A stretch of 64,000 bases of DNA from Malacoraja senta. Lineage: Eukaryota. Below are positions 50,328 through 63,960 of the stretch, piece by piece; position 1 is the stretch's first letter, and each line of letters opens with the position of its first letter. The DNA lies in contig CM075994.1 in the NCBI GenBank assembly GCA_038087875.1, positions 496,001 through 560,000 of the forward strand, read 5' to 3'. Made by a program: the position numbers and the translations under genes. Below the pieces are notes generated by a model. That model saw nothing but the letters and a program-made list of their open reading frames with translations, did no database searches and was not told where the DNA came from.

Positions 50328-52399
50328 TTGTGTAGGGAGTGGATGAGAATGTGAGATAACATTGAACTAATGTGAATAGGTGATCAATGGTCTGCATGGA
50401 CTTGCTGACAGAATGGCCTGTTTCCATGCTGTATCTTTCAATAATCAATCGTTCTTTTATCCTCATTTTCCTTTATTGATGTGCGTGAGAATTCCAGGGC
50501 ATTGGAAAAACCAGAGCGGGAATTTTGGAAACCTACAAACAGAAAATAGGTGCAGGAGTAGGCCATTTAGTCCTTAGTTTGAGCCAACACCGCCATTCAA
50601 TATGATCATGGCTGATCATCCTAAATCCGTACCCTGTTCCTGCTTGATTAGCACTGAGCTAAATATCTCTCGTGAAAACATCCAGTGAATTGGCCTCCAC
50701 TGCCTCCTGTGGCATAAAATTCCACAGATTCACAACTCTCTGGGTGATAAAGTTTTTCCTCATCTCTGTCCTAAATGGCCTACCCTTTATTCCTAAATTA
50801 TAGGGCATTTGAAAAAAACCAGAGAGGGTTTTTTGGCTTGAGATAATTTTGAAATGATGGTCCAACAGGAGGAGGTGCAGGAGATGTGAGGTCCATCTGC
50901 CTTGCCCCATGGTGAATGCTCTGCCCATAATTACCCTCAATGAATATGCTGCACGACATTTCCAGGAACAGCTCCATGTAAACCAATACAGTTCAGTGGT
51001 CCCAGCATTTCATGTCTCTTTTCGGTTTAAACCATCATCAGTTCCTTCCTACACAGGTATGCATGTTAATTGGCTTTGGTAAAATTGTACATTGCCCCCA
51101 GTGTGTAGGATAGTCAACAATCAATCGTGCTTTATTTAGTGCTAGCGTATGCGGTGACTGCTGGTCGGCATGTACTCGGTGGGCCAAAGGGCCTGTTTCA
51201 GTGATGTATCTCTAAACTAAACTAATCCTAACTATAAAACACACTGTGACCCGAGCAGCTCAACCAAACAGCTGAAAGGTTATTTTTTACATGCAGACTG
51301 CTCGTGAAGTTGGACACACAATGCTGGAGTTACTCAGTGGGACAGGCAGCATCTCTGGAGAGAAGGAATCGGTGACGTTTCGGGTCGAATCCCTTCTTCA
51401 GAACCAATATGTCACGCACATTATTACACATCTTGCATTTTACCAAGGTCATCATTAGAAGGGAAACCCTCTCCCCTGACTCTCAGTCTGAGTAAGGGTC
51501 TCGACTTGACACGTCACCCATTCCTTCTCTCCAGAGATACTTCCTATCCCGCTGAGTTACTCCAGCATTCTGTGTCTATCTTTGGTGTAAAGCAAAATCT
51601 GCAGTTCCTTGCTACACTGCTCTTGAAGCTGTTCAATGTGCTGCACCACAAACCACCAGCACCTCTCTATTCTGCATTGCGTGACCTACACTCGATGTGT
51701 GAAACCCCCACTTACCTCACTGCCATTGCATCACGTGCAGGACAACTCGGTCAGCATGGAGCAGAACATTAGAGTCATAGAGTGATAATGTGGAAACAGG
51801 CCCTTCAGCCCAACTTGCCCACACCGGCTAACACATCCCATTTACATTAGTCCCACCTGCCTGCGCTTGGTCCTTATCCCTCCAAACCTGTCCTATCCAT
51901 GTACCTGTCTAACTGTTTCTTAAATGTTGCGATAGTCCCAGCCTCCACTGGCAGCTTGTTCGGGGATATTCGGGGATACGTGAGTGTATGTGCCTTATTT
52001 GGTAGTGTAATAAATTACTGAGTGAATCAAACTCTGGTGTCTGAATCCGGTGATTTTTTCAAACACAATACCCCAACAACGCCAGCTCCACTCCCCTACC
52101 CCCGCAGTAATGTCATCAACACATCTCAGTCAGTCGCCCATTGCATTGAAGTTTGGAGAAACAAGCTTTGCTCTGGGTTGGCTGCACGTTTCCTGCACGA
52201 CTTTGCAACTTCCTGTCATCATAAAAACACTGACTAAATGTTCCACCTCTGAATCAAATCACCCTCCCACATCAACTGTTTAAGGACGGGCGAGATAACA
52301 GTTATTTTCACTGAGGCTGGAAACTATAATCTATCTTGAACTAGTTCTAAGTAGAAGACAAGGCCAGGTCTGAGTGAGATCACCACAGGCGATATAAAA

Positions 52400-52756
52400 C
52401 CATGAGAGGAATAGATTGGGTAGATGCAGAGAATCTCTTGCCCAGAGTAGGGGAATCGACGACCAGAGGACATATGTTCAAGGTGAAGGGGAAAAGATTT
52501 AATAGGAATCCGAGGGGTAACCTTTTCACACAAAGAATGGTGGCTATATGGAACAAGCTGCCAGAGGAGGTAGTTGAGGCAGAGACCATTCCAATGTATA
52601 AGAAACAGTTAGACAGGTACATGGATAGAGCAAGTTTGGAGGGATATGGGCCAAACGCAGGCAGGTGGGACCAATGTAGATGGGATATGTCAGCCAGTGT
52701 GGGTAAGTTGGGCCTGAGGGCCTGTTTCCACACTGTATCACTCTATGACTCTATGA
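52400..52756 (+). mobile_element. CR1-family 3' fragment with (CTATGACT)n tail (second subfamily)
   Basis: ESTTRGHMFKVKG..FTQRMVAIWNKLP; tail CTCTATGACTCTATGA. Confidence 0.75.
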
Positions 52757-53269
52757 CATCACCACACTTCATACTGGTGCTGTAGATTGAACATAGAACA
52801 ATACATATAGACACAAAACGCTGGAGTAACTCAGTGGGACAGGCAACATTGCTGGAGAGAAAGAATAGGTGATGTTTCAGGTCGAGTCCCTTCGTCAGAC
52901 AAGTTAGGGATAAGGGAAACGAGAGATATAGATGGTGATGTGGAGAGATAAGGAATAGGAAGATATGCAAAAATGTAACGATGATAAAGGAAAAAGGACA
53001 TTGTCACTGTGTCAGCTGTTTGTTGGGTGAAAATGAGAAGCTACTGCGACTTGGGTGGGGGAGGGATAGAGAGAGAGGGGGAATGCCGGGGTTACTTGAA
53101 GTTAGAGAAATCATTATCATACCACTGGGTTGTAAACTGCCCAAGCAAAATATGAAGGTAGATAAAAATGCTGGAGAAACTCAGCGGGTGAGGCAGAATC
53201 TATGGAGCGAAGGAATAGGTTACATTTCTGGCAAGGAGTAACCTATCCCGGGGGATCAGGGAAGCGAAG

Positions 53270-55395
53270 AGGCTGTATGGACAAAAACATAATAGCCACT
53301 TCGCAAATGACAAAGACACATGTCGCTTTTGCCAGGGATTTCATACCATCACTGACTACAAGCCCCCCCCCCCCCCCCCCCCGCTGCGGATATGCCAAAA
53401 TGACCCCTCTCTACCAGATGAACTGAACGAGTTCTACGCATGGTTTGAGGTTGAATACACCACCCAGACACGTGCACTACTGCCATCTCCCAGTGACCAG
53501 TCGCTCAGGCTGTCCGCAGCCGCAGTTAAAAAGGCCTTTGCCAGCATCAACCCACGCAAAGCTGCAGGGCTGGACAACATTCCTGGATGCATTTTAAGAG
53601 ACTGCGCCGAGCAACTGAAAGATGTCTTCACAGACATTTTTAACATCTCACTCAGTCAGGCAGTAGTGCCCAACTGTCTTAAGTGAGGTGAAATGGTGGT
53701 AGAGAGAAGTGACAGCTGAAGGGATAACAACAGCTAAAGTGGTTGGCGAACATTGGCCGTGCAGATATCAAGATTGAAAATATTGGGAATTATCACGTTT
53801 GCTCATTGCATTTCATCAAAAGTAAGGCATTATTTGTGTTTTTTCTTGATTCCTTTGGTATCTAAAAAGTTTCAGAAGTAATAAATCTGGCTGTAAAATT
53901 TTTAAATCGCCCATGATTCTCGTGGGTTTTTACATGCAAAGAAAAAACGCTTCTGAAGCTAAATTTATCGTTAAAAACATTGCAAACCATATGTGGGTTT
54001 TGAATTACATTTTACTCAGAAGCATTCCAAGGAATGGCATAATTGTTATCTGTTAATTGGGTCTAGTCTACCTGCCGACCTAGACCCACTGCAGTTCGCC
54101 TACAGAGCCAACCGATCCACAGAGGACGCAGTCTCAACAACACTGAACCTCGTACTGTCACACCTTGATCGGAAAAATACTTATGCCAGGATCCTCTTCA
54201 TAGACTTCAGCTCTGCTTTTAATACAATCATTCCGCAGCAGCTGGTGGAGAAGTTGGAGCTATTGGGGGTTGATGCTGGCACATGTAACTGGGTCCTGAA
54301 CTTTCTATCGCAACGGCAGCAGACAGTCAGGGTGGGCAGTAGGACATCAAAAACCATAGCCGTGAGCACTGGCTCGCCCCAAGGCTGTGTCCTAAGCCCC
54401 CTGCTGTTTAGTCTGCTAACACACGACTGTACTGCTAGACTCAACAATAACTTCATCAACAAGTTCGCTGAAGACACAACAGTGGTGGGTCTCATCAGTG
54501 ACAATGATGAGTCGGCGTACAGGATGGAGGTGGAGCTGCTCACAGGATGGTGCAAATCCCACAACCTCATTCTCAACGTGGGAAAAACTAAGGAGATGGT
54601 GGTTGACTTCAGGAGGGCGGGAAAACAACACCATACACCTCTGCACATCGATGGAGCTGATGTGGAAAGGGTCAACAGCGTGAAGTTCCTTGGACTCCAC
54701 CTGTCAGATGACCTGACGTCCACGACCAACACCACAGCACTGGCCAAGAGAGCCCAGCAGCGACTCTCCGAAGACTACGTAAAGCAGGTCTCCCCACTTC
54801 ACACCTACGAACTTTTTATAGGGGGACAATCGAGAGCACATTAACCTACGGCATCACTTCCTGGTTCGGGAGCTGCAAGGCGTACGAACGGCACCAACTA
54901 GACAGGATTGTGAAGACCGCCAGCAGGATTATTGGTGCTCCACTCCCTTTCCTGCTGAACATATACAGGAAGAGATGTATCAGCAGAGCCATCTCCATCA
55001 TCAAAGACCCCTACCACCCATCGCATCACATATTCTCCATCCTGCCATCTGGGAAGAGGTACCGGAGCATTAGGTGCAAAACCAGCAGGATGCTCCTCAG
55101 CTTCTTCCCGCAGGTTATAAGACTGATAAACGGACTTTGCCCCCTGCCAAAGTATCGTGCACCAACCACCAACCTGGACACACTGCAGCAGAGCCACTGT
55201 CGTGCCGCTGCCGATCGGAACGCCTGTTGATGTTTAGTAGAGAGTAGAGTGTTAATTAATTTGTTCATGATATATGTATTTTTACTTCTATTTATTTTTT
55301 ACTGCACATTGAAATGGACACTGGTTGAGCAACGTTTTTTTGTTTCCTCTGGGTATGTGAATACTCAGGAAATGACAATAAAGATATACAATACG
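53270..55395 (+). mobile_element. Rex1/Babar-type LINE fragment (RT to 3' end), interrupted by an unrelated AT-rich insert at about 53683-54060
   Basis: [50 protein letters not shown]; ends ACAATAAA plus a (TACAA)-like tail. Confidence 0.85.
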
Positions 55396-56509
55396 ATACA
55401 ATTTCGGGTCAAGACCCTTCTTCAGACATGAGATACCGTTCCTGCAATTTGCATTCAGCCTCATTTTGACAATGGGCCGTTAAGTGCTTGAGAACAGGTT
55501 TACCAAACACAGTGACAAAGAGCAGCTGCTGAGCTCAAAGGTTGCAACTGATAACGACCCAGCATTCCTTCATGATGCTCGTGGTGCTTGGTACATTCTA
55601 ATCGCCCTATATAGATAAGCAACCCCGGCTTAGCTGTGTGTTCTGTGTGAAAGTTGTTCATTAAATGCCCGGTGTCTTTGTCTGATAGCTTTGTTCTGTC
55701 CTTAGTCTTTTAGTTGCAGCTCCATAGCTTCTTTCATCATGTTCCTTCAACACACAGTAATACCGGATGTTCCGTTTATTGACTCATTGATGTTTAGTTT
55801 AGTTTAGTTTAGTTTAGAGATACAGCGTGGAAGCAGGCACTTCGTCTCACTAAGACTGCACCGACCAGCGATCTCCACACATAAACACTATCCTCCACAC
55901 ACTAGGGACAATTTCTCATTGATACCAAGCCTCTTAACCTACAAAGCTGTACGTCTTTGGAGTGTGGGAGGAAACCGATGTTCTCGCAGAAAACACAAGC
56001 AGGTTACGGGGAGAAGGTACAAGCTCCATGCAGACAGCACCCGTGGTCTGCATGGCGCTGTAAGCTCTGTACGGCAGCAACTCTACCGCTGTTTGTGGTA
56101 GTTGTAATTTCTGTATAACAAAGTTACGTAAGAGAGAGAGTTAAGAGTCAAGAAAGTGTAGAAAGGAACTGCAGATGCTGGTTTACATCGAAGATAGACA
56201 GAATACTGGAATAACTCTGCGGGTCAGGCAGCATCTCTGGAGAAAAGGAATAGGTGACTTTTGGGGTCGAGACCCTTCAGACTGAGAGTCAGGGGAGAGG
56301 GACCTTGGTAAAATGTGAGGTGTGTGTTAACAAGCAGAGATGAGTTTTCCTTTTGGATAGTGTTGAATACATGACCTTAGTGTAGTCAGTGAAACGTTGA
56401 ACTGTGCTGCTATTATTTTTCAGGACTCTGCTCCCATGTGTTCTGCTTTGAGCAGCTTGTTGTTTTGACCATGTATCCAGGTCGATTGTAAAAACAAGAA
56501 CTGCAGATG

Positions 56510-56952
56510 CCATTCGGCCCTTCGAGCCAGCACCTCCATTCCATATGATCATGGCTGATCATGCGGAATCAATACCCAATTCCTGGTTTTTCTCCATATC
56601 CCCTGATTCCGTTAGTCCTAAGAGCCACATCCAACTCTCTCTTGAATACATCCAGTGAATTGGCCTCCACTGCCTTCTGTGGCAGAGAATTCCACGGATT
56701 CACAACTCTCTGGGTGAAAAAGCTTTTCCTCATCTCAGTCTCAAATGACCAACCCCTTATTCTTAAACTGTGGCCCCTGGTTCTGGACTCCCCCAACATC
56801 AGGAACATTTTTCCTGCCTCTAGCCTGTCCAATCCCTTAATAATTTTATATGTTTCCAGAAGATTCCCTCTCATCCTTTTAAATTCCAGTGAATATAAGC
56901 CCAGTCGACCCATTCTTTCATCATATGTCAGTCCCACCATCCCGGGAATTAG
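56510..56952 (-). mobile_element. CR1 3' fragment
   Basis: ORF 56569-57012 matches the CR1 ORF2 C-terminus. Confidence 0.8.
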
Positions 56953-58290
56953 CTTGTTTAAAAAAAGAAGACGCAAGGTTCGAGAGTATCTCAGCAGGTC
57001 GGGCAGCATCACTGTAGATCGTGAATAGGTGACCTTTTGGGTTGGGATCCTTTTACAAGCTTTTCATTTTCAACTGACATCAACCATCTTGACTTCTACT
57101 CACCTCACCCACTCCAATCTCACCCACACTGTACGAATAGCCCAAGGCTCACTCTACAAACTCATCAGGAAGGCTGGCTCCTCAAACTGCGGAGAATCTT
57201 GGACAATACAGCTCACCCCCTCCATGACACGCTGGTCAACATGAGGAGTACCTTCAGCAATGGACCGGTCCCACCAATATGAAGGACAGAACGCCACAGG
57301 AGATTCTTCCCTGTAGCTATCAAACTGTACACCTCCTCCCCATTCTGTCGTGGGGTAGACTGACTCCCCTCCCCACCTCCCCAAACGTTGCACATCACCA
57401 ATCCTTTCCACTTGTCACTTTAATTTCATGTTTCATGTATTTTGTGTTTTATGACTGAAGATAGACACAAAAAGCTGGAGTAACTCAGCGGGACAGGCAG
57501 CATCTCTGGAGAGAAAGAATGGGTGACGTTTTGGATCGAGACCATTCTTCAGACCCGAAACATCACCCATTCCTTCTCTACAGAGATGCTGCCTGTCCTG
57601 CTGAGTTATTCCAGCTTTTTGTGTCTAGCTTCGGTTTAAGCCGGTTAAACAAGCATCTGCAGTTGCGGAAAAATTTACAATTTTACTGAAGCCAATTAAC
57701 CTTCAATCCTGCACGCCTTTGGAGTGTGGGAGGAAACCGGAGCACCCGGAGAAAACCCACGCGTTCACGGGGAGAATGTACAAACTGCATACAGAACTGT
57801 AGGGAGCACCTGTGGTCAGGATTGAACCTGGGTCTCTGGCGCTGTAAGGCAGCAATTCTACCGTTGCCCCACCGTGCCATGTGAAGAATTGAATTCTCTA
57901 CTGAAGATAGACACAAAAGGCTGGCATAACTCAGCAGGTCAGGCAGCATCTCTGGATGCTCATCAGGCAGCGTCCTGACCCAAAACGTCACCTATTCCTT
58001 TTCTCCAGAGATGCTGCCTGACCCACTGAGTTACTCCAGCTTTTTGTGTCTATCTTTGGTCTAAACCAGCTTCTGCAGTTCTTTCCTACACATGGAATTC
58101 TTCAATGCCAGGTAACCAACAACTCCCCTCTACTTTGTTTCCCCCCACTCCCACCCCCTTTACCTTGTACCCCATCTGCACTCACCCATTTCTCCCTTCC
58201 CAGTTTACATTAAGACTACGTCATAATGGCCCACGCAGTGCTTCTGACCAAAGTTCTCAGCCTGCTCACCCACATACTTTTAAAATAATA

Positions 58291-58692
58291 CTAGACTAAG
58301 TGGGACCCGTTGGGTCCCAGCTTCACACAGGAGGGCTGGTCCCCCAACACAATATTCCACCTCTCCATCAATTCCAATATTGCTGGCCAGTGGGGTGGGG
58401 TCGGGGGGGGGGGTGCTCTCTGGAGCGCTAGCATGGTGTTGTGGGCTGAAGGGACTGGTTTCCAGAGGACTAGTGTGGATTCTTGGGCTGGCCGAATGGA
58501 TTCTTGGGCTGGCAGCTCGGTTATTGAGGCCACTCACTCACTCACTCACTCACTCACTCTCACACACACACACACACACTCACACACACTCCAACTCACA
58601 CACATACATACACACATACACGTACACACACACACACTCACACACACACACACAAACACACATACACTCTCACACACATACACATACACTCA

Positions 58693-58743
<51 letters not shown>

Positions 58744-58758
58744 AGACACTCACACACA

Positions 58759-58789
<31 letters not shown>

Positions 58790-59530
58790 GCGCGCGCGTG
58801 CGCACACACACACACACACACTCACTGACTCACACACCATATATATGGCAGTAAACTTTCTTGAATGCTCACACGGCTGAGTGCGGCCTCTCCACTTTGG
58901 GGCTTCCGCAGTCAGCGGCACTTCCGCAATCAGCGCGACCTCTGCACTCACCAGAAATCACGCAATCAGCGCGACATGTCCACTAAACGGGAGTCACGAA
59001 ATGAACGAGACTTTTGAACCAAACACAGTCGGACCTGATAAAGTATTTATTCCTTCCAAACACAGTCGGACCTAATAAAGCATTGCAGCTTCAAACACAG
59101 GCAGGGCAGCAGGCCAAATAACTCATGGCATTGTCATTAAGGGCTAACAAATAATTTATTGCAATACGTTGCAGACTCACAGTTCAGTTGATTCACAGCT
59201 TAGAATGAGAGTCGTGGCCTCTCCCTCACGATCTTGCAGAATGACTGAGTCACGTGCAGGCAGCCGGGATTTTATAGTCCTGCCCTCCCCTCCCCCGGAA
59301 GGGGCATTACCTTCATCGCTGATTGACAGGCGAGAGGATCTCAAGGTTTTTTAAACACTCATAACTTTTTTATTTTTCATCTATGGGAAAAGCCCTCAGG
59401 GCCTGCTCAGCGGAGGAGGACTGTGAGTAAGGTGGCCCAATCTCATAGCGATATATGGTAGCATTTTTTTTCTAAAATCAATATACAGCGCAGACAGGAA
59501 GTGGTCAACATGAGACTTTAAATTACATAG
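58291..59530 (-). mobile_element. Non-autonomous Helitron-like element containing a (CA)n tract
   Basis: On the - strand it ends with the hairpin TGGGACCC-AAC-GGGTCCCA, 6 nt, then CTAG|T, the canonical Helitron 3' end. The 5' boundary near 59530 is degenerate and approximate. Confidence 0.6.
58531..58836. repeat. (CACT)n/(CA)n compound microsatellite
   Basis: Directly visible. Confidence 0.97.
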
Positions 59531-60072
59531 CTGCCAACATCACCACACTCAAGAAGTGCACCCAAGATTTCAAGCACGCTCTGAATGAAAACAACCATTG
59601 ACTCTTGACTCTTGAATGGAACATTGCTTATTCTTTTGACTTGGGATTCCTAGCTAATGCTTTGATGAGGCTGCTGGTTAGGTTCAAGCCGAGATCCTGA
59701 CAATGTTGCTGAGTCAACAGATTTCTGGTTAATAAACCAACTGTGGTGCCGATTAAGATTCTGGGTAACTAGTGAACATTCTGGCCAGGTCCCAAGATAA
59801 GTTTCAAACGGAGGTCCCAGTTAAAGCTATGAGCAAGTTTCTGATCACAATTCTGTTTAGTTTAGTTTAGTAATACAGCGAGGAAATGCGTCCTTCAGCC
59901 CGCTGAGACCAGCGATCGCTTGTCCACTAGTTCTATTCTACCAACATCGGGACAGCTTTTTACAGAAGCCAGTTGACCTGCACGTCTTTGGAGTGTGGGA
60001 GGAAACTGGAGCACCTGGAGAAAACCCACGCGGTCACAGGGAGAATATGCAAACTCCATACAGACAGCACCC

Positions 60073-63000
60073 AACACCACAGGAGGCAGGCAAGTGGATC
60101 ACGGTTGGGAGAGGCAAGGGGCACAGGCAGGGACTAGAGAGTACCCCGGTGGCTGTACACCTTGACAATAAGTACTCCTGTTTGAGCACTGTTGGGGTGG
60201 ACAGCCTACCTGGGGGTAGCGACAGCGGCCGGGCCTCCGGTATAGAGACCGGTCCTGTTGCTCAGAAGGGTAAGGAAAAGAAGAGGAGGGCAATATTAAT
60301 AGGGGACTCTATAGTTAGGGGGTCAGACAGGCGATTCTGTGGACGCAGTCGGGAGACCCGGATTGTAGTTTGCCTCCCTGGTGCCAGGGTCTGTGATGTG
60401 TCTCAACGTGTCCAAGACATCCTGAAAGGGCAGGGAGAGGAGCCCGAGGTCGTGATACATATAGGTACCAATGACATAGGTAAAAAAAGAGAAGAGGTCC
60501 TGAAAGGAGAATTTAGGGAGTTAGGAGGGGAGTTAAAGAGAAGGACAGCAAAGGTAACAATCTCGGGATTACTGCCTGTGCCACGCGACAGTGAGAGTAG
60601 GAATGGAGCGAAGTGGAGGATAAATGCGTGGCTGAAGGACTGGTGCATAAGGCAGGGATTCAAATTTCTGGATCATTGGGACCTCTTTTGTGGAAGCTTC
60701 GACCTGTACAAAAAGGATGGGTTGCACTTGAACCTGAGAGGGACCGATATCCTGGCGGGGAGATCTGCAAAGGCTACTGGGGAGACTTTAAACTAGAATG
60801 GTTGGGGGGAGGGACTCAAATAGAGAATGCTATTAGACAGTGTGTGAGGCAGGAGGCAGAGAAGGAAAGCACTCAGACCCAACATGTAGGGGGGAAAGAA
60901 GAAAACAATAAGAAACAGAGAATAAGAGGTGGTGGGGTTCTTAAATGGGTGAGCAGAGAAACAGAGGGGTGTAAAATGCGGGCGGAAGCAATAGGTAGCA
61001 AGGTGAAAAGTAAAAGTGGCAGCCAGACAAATCCAGGGCAAAAATCAAAAAGAGCCACTTTTCAACATAATTGTATAAGAGGTAAGAGCGTTGTAAAAAC
61101 AAGCCTGAAGGCTTTGTGTCTCAATGCAAGGAGCATTCGTAATAAGGTCGATGAGTTGAACGTGCAGATAGCAATTAATGATTATGATATAGTTGGGATC
61201 ACGGAGACATGGCTCCAGGGTGACCAAGGCTGGGAGCTGAACATCCAGGGATATTCGTTATTCAGGAGGGATAGAGAGAAAGGAAAAGAAGGTGGGGTAG
61301 CGTTGTTGGTTAGAGAGGAGATTAACGCAGTGGAAAGGAAGGACATTAGCTTGGAGGATGTGGAATCGGTATGGGTAGAGCCACGAAACACTAAGGGGCA
61401 GAAAACGCTGGTGGGTGTTGTGTACAGGCCACCTAGCAGTAGTAGTGAAGTTGGGGATGGCATCAAAAAGGAAATTAGAAATGCGTGTAACAAAGGCAAA
61501 ACAGTGATAATGGGTGACTTCAATCTACATATAGATTGGGTGAATCAAATTGGCAGGGGTGCTGAGGAAGAGGATTTCTTGGAATGTATGAGGGATAGTT
61601 ATCTAAACCAACATGTAGAGGAACCAACGAGAGAGCAGGCTATTCTAGACTGGGTATTGAGTAATGAGGAAGGGTTAGTTAGCAGACTTGTTGTGCGTGC
61701 CCCCTTGGGCAAGAGTGACCATAATATGGTTGAGTTCTTCATTAGGATGGAGAGTGACATTGTTAATTCAGAAACAACGGTTCTGAACTTAAAGAAAGGT
61801 AACTTTGAGGGTATGACTGGCAATTAGTTCTAAAAGGGTTGACGGTGGATATGCAATGGAAGGCATTTAAAGACTGCATGGATGAACTACAAAAATTGTT
61901 CATCCCAGTTTGGCAAAAGAATAAATCAGGGAAGGTAGTGCATCCGTGGATAACAAGGGAAATCAGGGATAGTATCAAAGCAAAAGATGATGCGTACAAA
62001 TTAGCCAGAAAAAGCAGCATACCAGAGGACCGGGAGAAATTCAGAGACAAGCAGAGGAGGACAAAGGGCTTAATTAGGAAAGGGAAAATGGATTATGAAA
62101 GGAAACTGGCAGGGAACATAAAAACTGACTGCAAAAGTTTTTATAGATATGTGAAGAGAAAGAGATTAGTTAAAACAAATGTAGGTCCCTTGCAGTCAGA
62201 AACAGGTGAATTGATCATGGGGAACAAGGATATGGCGGACCAATTGAATAACTACTTTGGTTCCGTCTTCACTAAGGAAGACATAAATAATCTGCCGGAA
62301 ATACCAGGGGGCCGCGGGTCAAAGGAGATGGAGGAACTGAGTGAAATCCAGGTTAGTCGGGAAGTGGTGTTGGGTAAATTGAATGGATTAAAGGCCGATA
62401 AATCACCAGGGCCAGATAGGCTGCATCCCAGAGTACTTATGGAAGTAGCTCCAGAAATAGTGGATGCATTAATGATAATTTTTCAAAACTCTTTAGATTC
62501 TGGAGTAGTTCCTGAGGATTGGAGGGTAGCAAACGTAACCCCACTTTTTAAGAAGGGAGGGAGAGAGCAAAAGGGGAATTACAGACCAGTTAGTCTAACA
62601 TCGGTAGTGGGGAAACTGCTAGAGTCAGTTATTAAAGATGGGATAGCAGCACATTTGGAAAGTGGTGAAATCATTGGACAAAGTCAGCATGGATTTACGA
62701 AAGGTAAATCGTGTCTGACGAATCTTATAGAATTTTTCGAGGATGTAACTAGTAGAGTGGATAGGGGAGAACCAGTGGATGTGTTGTATCTGGACTTTCA
62801 GAAGGCTTTCGACAAGGTACCACATAAGAGATTAGGATACAAACTTAAATCACACGGTATTGGGGGTTCAGTAATGATGTGGATAGAGAACTGGCTGGCA
62901 AACAGGAAGCAAAGAGTAGGAGTAAACGGGTCCTTTTCACAATGGCAGGCAGTGACTAGTGGGGTACCGCAAGGCTCAGTGCTGGGACCCCAGCTATTTA

Positions 63001-63960
63001 CAATTTATATTAATGATCTGGACGAGGGAATTGAAAGCAACATCTCCAAGTTTGCGGATGACACTAAGCTGGGGGGCAGTGTTAGCTGTGAGGAGGATGC
63101 TGGGAGACTGCAAGGTGACTTGGATAGGCTGGCTGAGTGGGCAAATGTTTGGCAGATGCAGTATAATGTGGATAAATGTGAGGTTATCCATTTTGGTGGC
63201 AAAAACGGGAAGGCAGACTATTATCTAAATGGTGGCCGATTAGGAAATGGGGAGATGCAGCGAGACCTGGGTGTCATGGTACACCAGTCATTGAAAGTAG
63301 GCATGCAGGTGCAGCAGGCAGTGACGAAAGCGAATGGTATGTTGGCCTTCATAGCAAGAGGATTTGAGTATAGGAGCAGGGAGGTTCTACTGCAGTTGTA
63401 CAGGAACTTGGTGAGACCACACCTGGAGTATTGCGTACAGTTTTGGTCTCCAAATCTGAGGAAGGACATTATAGCCACAGAGGGAGTGCAGAGAAGGTTC
63501 ACCAGACTGATTCCTGGGATGTCAGGACTTTCATATGAAGAAAGACTGGATAGACTTGGCTTATACTCGCTAGAATTTAGGAGATTGAGAGGGGATCTTA
63601 TAGAAACATACAAAATTCTTATGGGGTTGGACAGGCTAGATGCAGGAAGATTGTTCCCGATGTTGGGGAAGTCCAGGACAAGGGGTCACAGCTTAAGGAT
63701 AAGATGAGGAAAAACTTTTTCACACAGAGAGTGGTGAATCTCTGGAACTCTCTGCCACAGAGGGTAGTTGAGGCCAGTTCATTGGCTATATTTAAGAGGG
63801 AGTTAGATGTGGCCCTTGTGGCTAAAGGGATCAGGGGGTATGGAGAGAAGGCAGGTACGGGATACTGAGTTGGATGATCAGCCATGATCATATTGAATGG
63901 CGGTGCAGGCTCGAAGGGCCGAATGGCCTACTCCTGCACCTATTTTCTATGTATCTATGT
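60073..63960 (+). mobile_element. Near-full-length CR1 LINE: ORF1 (SGNH esterase) and ORF2 (APE + RT), inserted in a SINE
   Basis: ORF1 has GDSIVRG, HIGTND and DGLHL. APE has LNARS, ITETW, GDFN and SDH. RT ORF of 622 aa. Frame break near 61815 and a ~22-bp deletion near 63703 relative to the 13340-15237 copy. ACCC TSD at 60069-60072 and 63961-63964. Confidence 0.95.
61839..63707 (+). pseudogene. CR1 ORF2 reverse transcriptase region (frame-disrupted at both ends)
   Basis: KSPGPD, NYRPVSLTS, QHGF, LDFQKAFDKV, QGSVLGP, FADD. Confidence 0.9.

Noticed and set aside
53683..54067. AT-rich insert in the Rex LINE as a Helitron (ends in CTAGT)
   Set aside because: No convincing subterminal hairpin or 5' TC; identity left unassigned.
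58310..58951. His/Thr- and Val/Cys-rich ORFs
   Set aside because: Translations of the (CA)n microsatellite.
59993..63707. An intact, autonomous CR1
   Set aside because: ORF1 is 5'-truncated, ORF2 is broken near 61815, and a deletion near 63703 truncates the C-terminus.
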